From Pirellulales bacterium (GTDB lineage: Bacteria; Planctomycetota; Planctomycetia; Pirellulales; PALSA-1355), in the NCBI GenBank assembly GCA_963733035.1, contig CAVTBU010000005.1:1664001-1728000 (forward strand): a stretch of DNA of 64,000 bases, read 5' to 3'. Shown piece after piece: positions 53,912-64,000 of this stretch. The notes beneath the pieces are model-generated. The model saw only the letters and a program-made list of their open reading frames with translations, was not told the origin of the DNA and made no database searches. A program made the translations under genes and the position numbers. Numbering within the stretch: the first letter of the stretch is position 1; the number at the start of each line of letters is the position of its first letter.

Positions 53912-56020
53912 CTAATGGACCCGTTGTCCCGGCTTTGCGCCCGAGTCGGGGCTCAACAAGTAAATCTCCTGACCGCCGGCGCCGGCCGCCACGACCATTC
54001 CCTCGCTCAGGCCAAACGTCATTTGCCGAGGCGCCAGGTTCGCCACCACGACCACCAGCCGGCCAATTAGCTTCTCGGGCTCGTAGGCACTTTTGATGCC
54101 CGCGAACACGGTTCGCTGGTGCTCGCCGCCAAGCGACAGCGTGAGCTTAATCAGCTTCTTGGCCTTGGGCACTGCCTCGGCGTTCACCACGCGGGCCACA
54201 CGCAGATCGATTTTCGTAAAATCGTCGATCGAAATCTGCTCGGCCACCAACGGCTCGGCTTCGAGGGCCGCGGCGCTATCGGCCTGGGCGGCAACGGAAG
54301 CGGCGGTGCTATCCTCGGGTTGTTCGGCGGTTGATTCGGTCACTTTGAACTCCTCTTTGCTTTCGGCGATCATCGCTTCGAGCTGCTTCGGCTCGACGCG
54401 CTTGATCATGTGTTTGAATTCGTTAATCGAAACGCCCACCAGCGGCTTGGCGGCGTCTTCCCAGCAGGCGACCCCACTGCCAAAAAGTCCGTCGGTCTGC
54501 TCGCGCAGACTTGGCAGCACCGGCGCCAGGTAAATCACCAGCTGCCGGAACAGATTGAGTGTGATTGTGCAGGCGTTTTGCAAGTCGACCGCCCGCGCCG
54601 TGTCGTTCTTGAGCTTCCAGGGTGCAACGCCGTCGACGTATTGATTTGCCTTGTCGGCCAGCGCCATGATCAGCCGCATCGCGCGATTGTAGTCGCAAGC
54701 TTCGTACGCCGCGGCAATCGCATCTCCTTCGGCCGCGGCTGCGGCAAACAGCCCGCCATCGTCGGGATACGTTGGCGAGAGCCCGGTGTCTTTCACGAAC
54801 TTGGCCGTGCGACTGGCCAGGTTCACCACTTTGCCCACCAGGTCGGAGTTCACCTTGTTGACGAACTCATCGAGATTCAAATCCAAGTCGTCCAAGCCCG
54901 GACCGAGTTTCGAAGCGTAGTAGTACCGCAGGTAGACCGGGTCGAGATGATTTAGATAGGTTGCCGCGCGGACGAAGGTTCCCTTGGTCTTCGACATCTT
55001 TTCGCCGTCGACGGTCAAGAACCCATGCACGTGAATCTTCGTCGGTAGGTTAAAGCCGGCCGTCTTGAGCATCGCGGGCCAGAACAGCGTGTGAAAGTAG
55101 GTAATGTCCTTGCCGATGAAGTGATGCACTTCGGCCTTGCCGCCCCGCCACCAGTCGTCGAATTGCTGCTCGTGCTTTTGGCACCACTGGGCCGTGGAGG
55201 CCATGTAGCCGATCGGCGCGTCGAACCAGACGTACCAGTAATTGCCGGGGCTGTCGGGAATCTCGAAGCCGAAGTAAGGTGCCGGACGCGAGACGTCCCA
55301 ATCGCGTAGCTCTTCGCCCAGGAAGTGACCGGCCAGGTAGTTCGAAATCTCGCGTTGCAAGTGACCGCCACTTTGCGTCCACTCGTGTAGGAAGTCATGC
55401 AGCTGTTCGATCTGCACGAACAAGTGATCCGCCGAACGGACCTCCGGCGTGCTGCCCGAGAGCGTGCTCTTGGGGTCGATGAGTTCCGCCGGGCTGTAGG
55501 TGGCCCCGCACTTGTCGCAGCTATCGCCGTACTGGTCGGGAGACTTGCAATTGGGGCATGTTCCCTTGACGAACCGATCGGCTAGAAACGTGCCGGCCTC
55601 GACGTCGTACAGTTGCGTCACTTCCTTTTCGTGCACCAGGCCCGCCTGGCGCAACTTCGACCAGATCTCGCCGCACAGTGCGCGGTTCTCCGCGCTGTGC
55701 GTGCTGCCGTAGTTGTCGAAATGGATCTGAAACTGTTCGAAGTCGCGAATGTGCGCCCACTGCATATCGGCGATCAGGGCTTCTTCGCTGCGCCCTTCCT
55801 GCCGGGCGCGTATCATGATGGCCGTGCCGTGCGTGTCGTCGGCGCAAAGGTAAATGCACTCGTGCCCGCGTAGCTTCTGGAAGCGCACCCAAACGTCGGT
55901 CTGGATGTACTCGACCAGATGCCCCAGGTGGATGTGCCCGTTGGCGTAGGGCAGGGCGGCAGTCACCAAAATCTTGCGTTTTGCAAATGTCGGCTTTGTC
56001 GATGAATTGCTGTCGACCAC
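53912..56020 (-). CDS. metG: Methionine--tRNA ligase with C-terminal tRNA-binding domain
   Basis: [13 protein letters not shown], Zn knuckle CPNC…CDKC, KMSKT, C-terminal DLRVARV…VANLAPR…SEGM. GTG 56020 is the likely start. Confidence 0.97.
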   Translation of the reverse strand: MVDSNSSTKPTFAKRKILVTAALPYANGHIHLGHLVEYIQTDVWVRFQKLRGHECIYLCADDTHGTAIMIRARQEGRSEEALIADMQWAHIRDFEQFQIHFDNYGSTHSAENRALCGEIWSKLRQAGLVHEKEVTQLYDVEAGTFLADRFVKGTCPNCKSPDQYGDSCDKCGATYSPAELIDPKSTLSGSTPEVRSADHLFVQIEQLHDFLHEWTQSGGHLQREISNYLAGHFLGEELRDWDVSRPAPYFGFEIPDSPGNYWYVWFDAPIGYMASTAQWCQKHEQQFDDWWRGGKAEVHHFIGKDITYFHTLFWPAMLKTAGFNLPTKIHVHGFLTVDGEKMSKTKGTFVRAATYLNHLDPVYLRYYYASKLGPGLDDLDLNLDEFVNKVNSDLVGKVVNLASRTAKFVKDTGLSPTYPDDGGLFAAAAAEGDAIAAAYEACDYNRAMRLIMALADKANQYVDGVAPWKLKNDTARAVDLQNACTITLNLFRQLVIYLAPVLPSLREQTDGLFGSGVACWEDAAKPLVGVSINEFKHMIKRVEPKQLEAMIAESKEEFKVTESTAEQPEDSTAASVAAQADSAAALEAEPLVAEQISIDDFTKIDLRVARVVNAEAVPKAKKLIKLTLSLGGEHQRTVFAGIKSAYEPEKLIGRLVVVVANLAPRQMTFGLSEGMVVAAGAGGQEIYLLSPDSGAKPGQRVH

Positions 56021-56134
56021 GATTCTTGAATCTGCCTCAGGGCTCGATAGACGATGGTATGCGAAAGCGACAATTGTACCCGGCTGCGCCAATTTGCGTG
56101 AGCCCTGCTGGCAGCCGAAAGAAACGTCGAGTGT

Positions 56135-56674
56135 CTATCCCCCCTGCTCTTTTGTCGGCGTCCATTGAAACCGGTACTGCTCGCCCAACCGCAGTCGCGT
56201 GATGTACGCGATCTGTTGTGTGTGCCCGGCTAAATGACTGACGGCGTCGTAGATGGCCACCGGTGGGCTGACGTCGAAACCTTGCATGCGCAGCGGTTCC
56301 AGCAGCCGCGATGTTGGAAAGCTCGCAATCGCGGCGTCCGCGTCGGCCAGTGTCTCACGCAGCCGGGCCAAGAGCTCGTCTTTGGCGATTTGGCGTCTCG
56401 CTGAAAACTCCGCCGCCCGATTCCGCCGGTCGGGCCGCCCCAGCAGCGCATCGCAGATCCACTGCCGCACGTTGCCCGACAGATGCAGGACGATGTTCCC
56501 AATGCTGTTGGCTTCGTCAAACGGCCGCCACCACACGTCCTCCTGGCCAAGCTGCTCAAGACAATGCGCGATCTTTGCCAGCGACCCCTGCAAGCTCTGC
56601 CGGCTTTCGAGCAAAAACGCCTCCCCCACCGACGTCGGCGTTCCCAACTTTGGCGCACCAGATTCCACGGGCAT
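56135..56674 (-). CDS. DinB superfamily (DUF1572-like) protein
   Basis: VWWRP…NSIGNIVLHLSGN, RNRAAEF, HLAGHTQQI. Confidence 0.85.
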   Translation of the reverse strand: MPVESGAPKLGTPTSVGEAFLLESRQSLQGSLAKIAHCLEQLGQEDVWWRPFDEANSIGNIVLHLSGNVRQWICDALLGRPDRRNRAAEFSARRQIAKDELLARLRETLADADAAIASFPTSRLLEPLRMQGFDVSPPVAIYDAVSHLAGHTQQIAYITRLRLGEQYRFQWTPTKEQGG

Positions 56675-56834
56675 GGCAGCTTCCTCGGGTCGTAAAAGCC
56701 AGCAGGCATTGGATAGGACAGCCGCTTGGCGGACAAGTTCGCCGTGGTTTCATTGCGGAGAGTGGTTCGGCAGAAATAAATGGCGGAGTTTGCGGTTGGA
56801 GTGAACTGGAACGATCGCTGCCAGAAAACCGCTC

Positions 56835-56884
56835 TTGACCTTATCAGACGAATTGTCTTATTCTCTATCAAGACAAATCGTCTT
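56835..56884 (+). promoter_or_regulatory. Sigma-70 promoter with two overlapping AGAC-N5-GTCT operators (BlaI-family autoregulation)
   Basis: -35 TTGACC (56835-40), -10 TATTCT (56859-64); palindromes AGAC-GAATT-GTCT (56846-58) and AAGAC-AAATC-GTCTT (56870-84). Confidence 0.7.
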
Positions 56885-56901
56885 ACTGGAGGGAGCCTGT
56901 T

Positions 56902-57306
56902 TTGTCACCACGGAATGTTCGTCTTACCGACGCCGAGTTTGCCGTCATTGAGCCGCTCTGGGAAATCGGGCCGCAAACGATTCGGCAGCTCACGGCCCAG
57001 CTCTACCCAGGGCAGTCGACTTCCGACTATGCCACGGTGCAAAAGCTGCTCGAACGGCTGGAAGCCAAGCAATGCGTCACCCGCGATCGGTCACAGTCGC
57101 CGCACGTGTATCTCGCGGTCGTGGAGCGCGAAGAGCTGATCGACGACCACTTGCAGCAGATTGCCGATCGGCTGTGCGACGGTTCGCTTGTGCCGGTGCT
57201 GAACCAGCTGGTGCGCCGGCTCTCGCTTTCTAAGGCCGAGCGTGCCCATTTGCAGAAGCTGCTCGACGACCACCGCAAGAAGCCCTCATCCGCGAGGAAA
57301 AAATGA
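56902..57306 (+). CDS. BlaI/MecI/CopY family transcriptional repressor
   Basis: LTDAEFAVIEPLW, YATVQKLLERLEAK, DRLCDGS; ATGA overlap with the M56 gene. Confidence 0.92.
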   Translation: MSPRNVRLTDAEFAVIEPLWEIGPQTIRQLTAQLYPGQSTSDYATVQKLLERLEAKQCVTRDRSQSPHVYLAVVEREELIDDHLQQIADRLCDGSLVPVLNQLVRRLSLSKAERAHLQKLLDDHRKKPSSARKK

Positions 57307-59406
57307 TCACCACCTGGCTGGAAATCGGGATTTCCAACGCGCTGGTCACCACAGCGCTGGCGGCGTTGGCATGGGTTGCCACCCGCCGGATGCGGCCGCG
57401 CCTGGCATTTGCCGTGTGGCTGCTGGTGCTAGCCAAATTGCTCGCCCCACCGCTATGGAACGCCCCGCTCGGGACGCTACGGGCGATCGCGCCAGCGGAG
57501 GAGTCTTTGGAGATCGATTGGTTACGGGGTTCGGCCGATCGGTTCACGTCGCCGCCAGATGCGAGCCAACGCTTGAAATTCGTCGCGATGGAATTGGCGA
57601 CGCCACAAATCGCCGAACTCGAAACACCGCCGTCCGCGAACCCGGCACCACTTTGGGACTTGATCACGCCGGCAATATTCTTGTTTTGGCTGCTGGGTGC
57701 AGTCGTCTGGACGGTTCTCGCGGTACGGCGGATCCGGCGGTTCGTGGTGCTACTCAACGGGGCCCGTCGGGCCCCGGCCAACTTGCAGGCGGAGGTGTGC
57801 GCGATGGCCAAGCAGCTTGGCCTGCGGCGAGTGCCCGACTTGCGATTGACTCGCCGCCGCGTCCCGCCGCTGGTGTGGGCGTTGTTCGGTCGGCCCACGA
57901 TCCTTTTGCCGACGCGTCTAATGCGTGGTCTATCGCTCCCGCAGCGAACGGCGCTGTTGATGCACGAGCTAGTACACCTCCGACGCCGCGATCACCTGGT
58001 CAAGCTCGTCGAACTCGTGGTGCTCGCGCTGTACTGGTGGCTACCGAGCGCCTGGTGGGCTCGCCGCCAGGCCGAGCAAGCCGCCGAACATTGCTGCGAC
58101 GCGGAAGTGGTGACCCGACTGCCGGCCGCACCGCACGCCTACGCCGAGGCCCTGGTGGCCACGATCGATTACCTCTCCGGCACGTCTCAGCCGCTACCGC
58201 TGGGAGCCAGCGGCTTTTCCCAATTCAGCCATGTTTCAAGGAGGATCGAGATGATACTAGAGCCCCTACCCGCCCGTCGCGCCGCGTGGCACTCGCGTCT
58301 GGTTCTGCTCGTGCTTGCCCTGGCCGTGTTGCCGCTCTCGGTCCGCACGCTGTGGGCCGAGCCGACAGGTGTGCCGAGCACTGCAGCGACCGAAACCGCC
58401 GCTGCGCCCCCGTCCGAAACTCCCCCGGATTCGAAGGCCGATGCGACCGCACCCGAGTCCGATCACCAACCTTCTCCGGGCGGCAAGTTCATCGAGGGGC
58501 AAGCTGGCAAGGATTGGCAAGTGGAGTTGTCGCGGGAGCAAGTCGAGCAGCAGATGCGCGACCTGGTGAAAAGTGCTCTCGACCCCGTGCAAGCGGCATC
58601 CAAACGCCGCGAGATTGCCAGGCTAGAGTTGCAGAACTTGTCCAAAGATTTCGACGCGGGCGATGTTTCGATCGGCCAATTGCTCGAAGCGCAGCGCCGC
58701 CTGGCCGAAGCGGAAGTATCATTCGCGCGACACGCCACCGCGCTCTGCAAGGACGAAAGGCAGCGAAAGAGATTGCGGCTGGAAGCCAATTTGCTCATCG
58801 CCCAGGAAGCGCTCGACAATTCGCGGCGCACCTGGCAAAAAGTCTATAGACTCTACCGCACCGGCGACCCAGGTGGCGAAGCCAACGTCGAAGCCCAGGC
58901 CCGCGAACAGTTCTACCAATTCAAGTCGCGGTTGGAGACGGTGCGCGAGGAGTATCGCCAATTCACAGCGGCCGCCGCGGGTGATGCGTCAAGCCGTATC
59001 GACTCCGACCGCGACGCAATCGCTCAGCCCGTTTGGAGCAGGCGCTCCCCCTTCGGGCGACTCGTCGCGTCTTTCGGAGATGTTTTCGCTGACAATCGGC
59101 GATCTCCAGGAGTTAGCGCAAGTCAAACACGCCCAGCTACAACTTGCGCGGGATACCGTCCGGCTCGACGAACTCGTCCGTGTCGACCCGGCACACCAGC
59201 CTGAAGCCGCGAAATCCACCCCGGAACCGAGCGACGGGAAACGCGAAGAAGAAGTCTCGAAGCCGAAGACTCGCATCGCCCGGCGAAAGCTAGAGCTGAC
59301 CGTAGCGAGGCACCATTTTCTTGACCGGCTCCACCGCTCCGGGTATTCGATCCAGTACGCGAGCCAGATCCTTGAAAACTCTGCCCCGATCGACGGTGCC
59401 AGATAG
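57303..59406 (+). CDS. BlaR1/MecR1-type M56 metallopeptidase with atypical helical C-terminal region; probable +1 frameshift ~58980-59045
   Basis: VWLLVLAKLLAPP, RPTILLP, HELVH zinc motif, EHCCD, YAEAL, RRIEMIL; ORF 57303-59204 degenerates at its end while the frame of ORF 58663-59406 reads as protein from ~59040 to TAG 59406. Confidence 0.85.
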
Positions 59407-59445
59407 TCGGTTGAATATTTCGTCGGCAGCGATCATTGAAGCCGA

Positions 59446-62400
59446 CTATTTCTCCACGCCGCCAAACAACCGCTCGGCGCGCCTTCGGTTTTCTGTCGTG
59501 TAGCGGCGGCAGTCGTACATCAGGCCTTCCGGACCCGTGTAGCCCAATAGTCCGGCGAGCTTGGCTAGCTCGCGCGGCTCGTCGGGCAGATCGTCGCGCA
59601 CCGTGGTACTCATCAGGCGCAAGCGAGCCTGAATGGTGCGCAGGAACCGGTAGCTGTCGACAAAGAAGCTGTAGTCGTCGCGGTTGACGAGACCGGCGGC
59701 GTGCAGAGCGTGCAGCGCGTCGAGCGTCCCCGGCAGCGCGATCTCGGGCTTGTGCGCGGCGTTCTTGAGCTGAAGCATCTGCACCAGGAATTCAATATCG
59801 ACCAGGCCGCCGGGGCCGCGCTTGAGGTTGCCGGGTGTGGCCGTTACTTCCAGCCGCTTACGCATCTGCCAGATGCTGTCGGCGTTCTCCGGCCTCCACT
59901 CGGGTGAAAAGGCCGCCTGGCGGATCGCATCGACGGCCAGCTCGGCGGCCCGCGGCGAGCCGTATACAACCCGCGCTTTGCACAGCGCCTGCCGCTCCCA
60001 CAGCTGCCCCTGTTCCGACCCGAAATATCGAGCGAACTCGGCCAATGAGGTCGACAGCGGACCGCTCCGCCCCGTCGGCCGCAGCCGTGGATCGATCTCG
60101 TACAGCCGGCCGTAGGGCCCCAGTTGGCTGGCTACCTTGATGATTCGCTGTGCAAGCTCGCTGAAGAAATGCTGATTGTTCGTTGTTTCGTCGCGCCGCG
60201 TGCGCCGCGACGGCACGGTCAGCCCGTCGGCCTCGTAGAGAAAGACGAGGTCCAAATCGCTGTAGTAATTCAGCTCGCGCCCGCCGAACTTGCCCATTGC
60301 CAGGATGATCAGTTCGCAATCGGGGCGATCACTACCCTCGTCGCCGACGGTTGGCCGACCAAGCTTGGCGGTCAGCCGGCCGAACTCCTGCCGTGTAATC
60401 TGCTCGAGGCATACCTGGGCGATGTCCGATAGCGCGCCGGTGACCGCCTCGATCTTTTCCTTTCGCAGGATGTCGCGCACGCCAACGCCCAATTGTTGGG
60501 CGTTCTTGAAACTGTGCAACGCCGGCTCGATGTCCTCTGCCCCGCGGCACAGCTCGGCCAACGTCGCGCGCAGCACCTCCATCGTCGGCAACCGATCAAG
60601 TAGCAGGCTATCGAGCAATTCGTCGAGCATGCCGGGGTTGCTGATCAAAATGCCCGAAAGATACTGACTTGATGAGCAGAGCGTGACGTACAGCTTTAGC
60701 GTCGGTGGGTTGAAGCTGAACAGTTCCCACAACACACCTTTGCCTCCCAACGAATCGCTCACCTTGCTCAGGTTGTTGAGCGTCGAGTCGGGATCGGGCG
60801 TTTCGGCTATTGCCGCCAGCAGCTGCGGAGCAATCGCCGCCAGAAAGTGCCGGCAGCGGCGCGTCGACAGATAGCGAATCTTCTCGGTCGACAGCTCCAT
60901 CAGAATGCGATATGCCTGCTGCACGTCGCGAAACTTATACGCGCCCAGAATCTCGGCAATCTGCTCGGGTGCCGGCTCGGGGTCGAGCACCAGGTCGCTC
61001 TCCGGCTCGGTGCGCGCGTCGTCGCTAAAGGCATCGTGCAACAGATGGTCGAGAATCTTGCGGTTCAGCTCGGTCTTGTTCTTGTAGTCAGCTTCGAACG
61101 CGACCAGTGCGGTTTGCGTGCCGCCATCGGCATACCCCAGGCGAATGGCCACCTTGCGCAGCTCGTCTGGTTCGCTCGGCATGACGTGCGTTTGCAGGTC
61201 GAACATGATCTGCAGCCGATGTTCGATCTTGCGGAGAAACGAATAATTGTCCTCAAGCAAAGCCCGTTCCTGGGCCGTCAAGCAGCCGCACTGTTCGAGC
61301 TGCAAAATAGCCTCGAGCGTATTGCCGGTGCGAAGCGCGGGCAAATCACCCCCGTTGAGCAACTGCAAGAACTGGATCACAAACTCGATGTCGCGAATGC
61401 CGCCGTGTCCGGTTTTGACGTTGAGGGCGTCACCTCCGTCGTCCCGCGTGCGATGCTCGATGCGCCGCTTGAGGGCCTTGATACCCGTGATGTCGGCCCG
61501 GCTCAGATAGCGGCGATAGATCCAGGGTTCGAGCTGTTCGAGAAACTCGCCGCCGAATTCCAAATCGCCGGCGATAGGGCGTGCCTTGACCATCGCCTGG
61601 CGTTCCCAGGTGCGGCCTGACACGTCGTAGTAGTGCAGGGCAGCATCGTAGGCCACGGCCATCGGCCCGGCGTTGCCTTGCGGGCGAAGGCGCAGATCGA
61701 CTCGGTACGCGCTTCCCAGTTCGGTGTTCTCGGTGAGCAGTTTGACAATTTCGCGCACCAGCCGCAAATAGTATTCGCTGACGCTGTGCTGCCGCATCGG
61801 ATCAATGCCGCGCGGCGGATCGTAGAGAAACATCAGGTCGATGTCGCTCGAATAGTTCAATTCGCTGCCGCCGAGCTTGCCGAGCGCCAGCACCACGAAT
61901 CGCCCCGGATCGACGCTCAATCGCGAACCACCGGGGCGGCCGGCAATCCGCCGCTGGGCACCCCGCAGGGCCGCCTCGACCATTGCATCGGCCAGGTACG
62001 AAATCTGCCGGGTGACGGTGCTGACCGGCTGCCCGCGGATAATGTCGCCGTAAGCGATGCGCAGCGTTTCGCGGCGCTTGAAACGCCGTAGGGTCGCGGC
62101 CACGGCTGCTTCGTCGTCGGCCAGCGTATCGATTTCGGCCGACAGTTCCGAAACCAAATACTCGCGGGCGACCGGCTGCCCTTCGGTAATCCGCAACAGG
62201 TCGTAGCTTTCGCCGTCCAGAATCAGCACGTCGCTCAAATGCTGGCTGGTGGCGAAGATTTGCAACAGGATCGGCAGCGCTTCGACATCGCGCTCGAACA
62301 GGGCGGCCAACGACAGCGGATTGCGCGCGCTGGCCACGAACCGTTCGAGGTTGTTGAGCGCCATGTCCGCGTCGCTTGAAGCGGGTAGCTGCTCGGCCAA

Positions 62401-62565
62401 TTGGTCGCAGATGACGGCCAGCAGGTCGAGCGTGACGCCGGCCGTGGCGATACGAACCAGGTTGCCGTGCGCGCGATCGACATCGCGGACGCCCAGCGCG
62501 CGGAGCCAGGCCGCGGCCTCGGCCGGGTTGTCCAGGTAGCGATGGAGATCTTCGACGCGCATCAA
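59446..62565 (-). CDS. glnE: Bifunctional glutamine synthetase adenylyltransferase/adenylyl-removing enzyme
   Basis: Two nucleotidyltransferase domains: LGKLGGSELNYSSDIDL…DLRLRP…WERQA and MGKFGGRELNYYSDLDL…DPRLRP…WERQA. Confidence 0.96.
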   Translation of the reverse strand: MMRVEDLHRYLDNPAEAAAWLRALGVRDVDRAHGNLVRIATAGVTLDLLAVICDQLAEQLPASSDADMALNNLERFVASARNPLSLAALFERDVEALPILLQIFATSQHLSDVLILDGESYDLLRITEGQPVAREYLVSELSAEIDTLADDEAAVAATLRRFKRRETLRIAYGDIIRGQPVSTVTRQISYLADAMVEAALRGAQRRIAGRPGGSRLSVDPGRFVVLALGKLGGSELNYSSDIDLMFLYDPPRGIDPMRQHSVSEYYLRLVREIVKLLTENTELGSAYRVDLRLRPQGNAGPMAVAYDAALHYYDVSGRTWERQAMVKARPIAGDLEFGGEFLEQLEPWIYRRYLSRADITGIKALKRRIEHRTRDDGGDALNVKTGHGGIRDIEFVIQFLQLLNGGDLPALRTGNTLEAILQLEQCGCLTAQERALLEDNYSFLRKIEHRLQIMFDLQTHVMPSEPDELRKVAIRLGYADGGTQTALVAFEADYKNKTELNRKILDHLLHDAFSDDARTEPESDLVLDPEPAPEQIAEILGAYKFRDVQQAYRILMELSTEKIRYLSTRRCRHFLAAIAPQLLAAIAETPDPDSTLNNLSKVSDSLGGKGVLWELFSFNPPTLKLYVTLCSSSQYLSGILISNPGMLDELLDSLLLDRLPTMEVLRATLAELCRGAEDIEPALHSFKNAQQLGVGVRDILRKEKIEAVTGALSDIAQVCLEQITRQEFGRLTAKLGRPTVGDEGSDRPDCELIILAMGKFGGRELNYYSDLDLVFLYEADGLTVPSRRTRRDETTNNQHFFSELAQRIIKVASQLGPYGRLYEIDPRLRPTGRSGPLSTSLAEFARYFGSEQGQLWERQALCKARVVYGSPRAAELAVDAIRQAAFSPEWRPENADSIWQMRKRLEVTATPGNLKRGPGGLVDIEFLVQMLQLKNAAHKPEIALPGTLDALHALHAAGLVNRDDYSFFVDSYRFLRTIQARLRLMSTTVRDDLPDEPRELAKLAGLLGYTGPEGLMYDCRRYTTENRRRAERLFGGVEK

Positions 62566-62610
62566 ACGCTGCGAGTGGCTAATTCACCGACGAATACGAA
62601 CGCGGACTCT

Positions 62611-64000
62611 CTACAAACTGTACACCTCGGGCCCGACGTGCGCCGTTACCACGCTGCCAAAAAGCGTGAAGGCGTTGGCGTCATAGACGGCCACATCCAG
62701 CAATTGCCCAATCTGGCGGCGATTGCCATCGAACACCACGATCCGGTCGCAGTGCGTGCGCCCCACGAGCTGCGCCACCTCGCTTCGTTCATCCTGCTTT
62801 TGGGCGTTCTTGCTGAGGCCTTCGACCAATACCTGCACGTGCCGGCCGATCAGCGGCTGGTTGTCCTCTTCGCTGATCGCGTTCTGAATCGCCAACAACT
62901 GGTTGTTGCGGCGTTTCTTCACTTCCTCGGGCACGTCATCTGGGTAAAGTTGCGCTCTTGGTGCCTGGGCGTTCGGAGTACTTGAAGATAAAGCTGTTCT
63001 TGAATCGCGACTCGCGTACCAGCTCCACCGTCTGGGCAAAGTCGTCGTCGGTTTCCCCGCAAAATCCAACGATGAAGTCGCTAGTCACCGTGGCGTCGGG
63101 AATCGTGGCGCGGATACGGCCCATCATCTCGCGGTAGTTTTCAACCGTGTAGCCTCGCTTCATCCGCTCGAGCATCCGATTCGAGCCGCTTTGGGCCGGC
63201 ACGTGCAGGTAAGGCGACACCTTGTTCAGATCGCGTACCGCCTGAAGCAAATCGTCGGTCATATCCTTCGGATAGTTCGTCACGAACTTGATGCGGTCGA
63301 TGCCGTCGATCGCTTGCAATTCCGTCAGTAGATCGCTCATCCGCCAGGTGCGGCCATCGGCCGTGTGCCGGTAGCTGTTGACGGTTTGACCCAATAGCGT
63401 GATTTCGCGGCACCCTTCGTCGGCCAGTTGCCGGGCTTCGGCCAGAATGTGCGCCGCAGGCCGGCTCTGTTCCGGGCCCCGCACGCTGGGCACGATGCAA
63501 TAGGTGCAAAACTTGTCGCAGCCGATCATGATCCGCAGGAACGCCTGAAACGGCGTCGGCCGCATCGTCGGATCGCGCAGTGGATCGTAGCTCTCGAAGC
63601 TCTGTTCGACCTCGGTGCGGCTGCCGGCCTTGCGGTCGAGGCTCACTTCCAACTGTGGTCCGGCTCCCTGGCTGATCTTTTCGATGAGTTCGGGAATCTG
63701 GTGCAACTGCCCCGGGCCGACAATCAAATCGACGTAAGGAGCCCGTTCGAAGATCAGCCGCTGGTCCTTCTGGGCCATGCACCCTAGCACACCGATGATT
63801 TTATTCGGGTTGTGCTTCTTGGCATGCTTGAGTCGGCCGAGGGCGCTATAGATCTTGTCCTCGGCATGCTGCCGCACGCTGCACGTATTGAACAGAATCG
63901 TGTCGGCCTGTTTCGGCGAGTCGACGACTTCGTAGCCCGCCTTCCGCAAACTGGCCACCACCAGCTCACTGTCCAGCATATTCATCTGGCAGCCGACCGT
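62611..64000 (-). CDS. miaB: tRNA-2-methylthio-N6-dimethylallyladenosine synthase (5' end outside window), apparent frameshift near 62952-62955
   Basis: GCQMN, FNTCSVR, GCMAQ, radical SAM CDKFCTYC, DFIVGFCGET, YSERPGT; TRAM domain in ORF 62611-63069. Confidence 0.95.

Noticed and set aside
57242..58849. 535-aa same-strand alternative ORF over the M56 gene
   Set aside because: Low-complexity Arg/Ala/Gly shadow frame; the 57303 frame carries the M56 motifs.
2993..62955. Programmed ribosomal frameshifting or genuine pseudogenisation as the explanation of the split genes
   Set aside because: No slippery heptamers, shifts go in both directions, the genes are functionally unrelated, and there are no nonsense mutations or other decay. 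A motif-linked sequencing artefact fits better.

Overview
High-GC bacterial chromosomal window, almost certainly Planctomycetota (Pirellulales-like), judged from the DUF1549/DUF1553 + DUF1501 pair, Tat-exported Gfo/Idh/MocA oxidoreductase, scattered TadE/TadG genes and multiple ECF sigma cassettes. It holds about 49 protein genes and one tRNA-Gly(GCC). I found no rRNA, CRISPR array, transposase, integrase or phage genes. The left part (1-28 kb) is accessory: sialidase-like BNR protein, orphan PAS kinase, YHYH protein, pfkB-usp, tadG/tadE, an SQR-like oxidoreductase plus RND efflux operon behind a good sigma-54 promoter, pckA, DUF1553/DUF1501 and transglutaminase-DUF2126. The right part is mostly housekeeping and regulatory: sppA, two ECF/anti-sigma cassettes, phoBR, EVE, bioF, rhomboid, tRNA-Gly, tig, clpP x2, metG, BlaI/M56, glnE and miaB. 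The strongest sequence-level pattern is that nine genes carry 11 apparent frameshifts, and all 10 that I can localise sit on or beside the palindrome GCGC, on both strands and in both directions. This most likely reflects long-read consensus errors at a methylated GCGC motif rather than true pseudogenes. The best candidates for undescribed biology are the sigma-54 SQR-RND operon, a BlaI/M56 system whose sensor region looks TolC-like and has a non-canonical double operator, and a thioredoxin-cytochrome c-copper monooxygenase fusion. All family calls come from motif recognition by eye; no database search was run.
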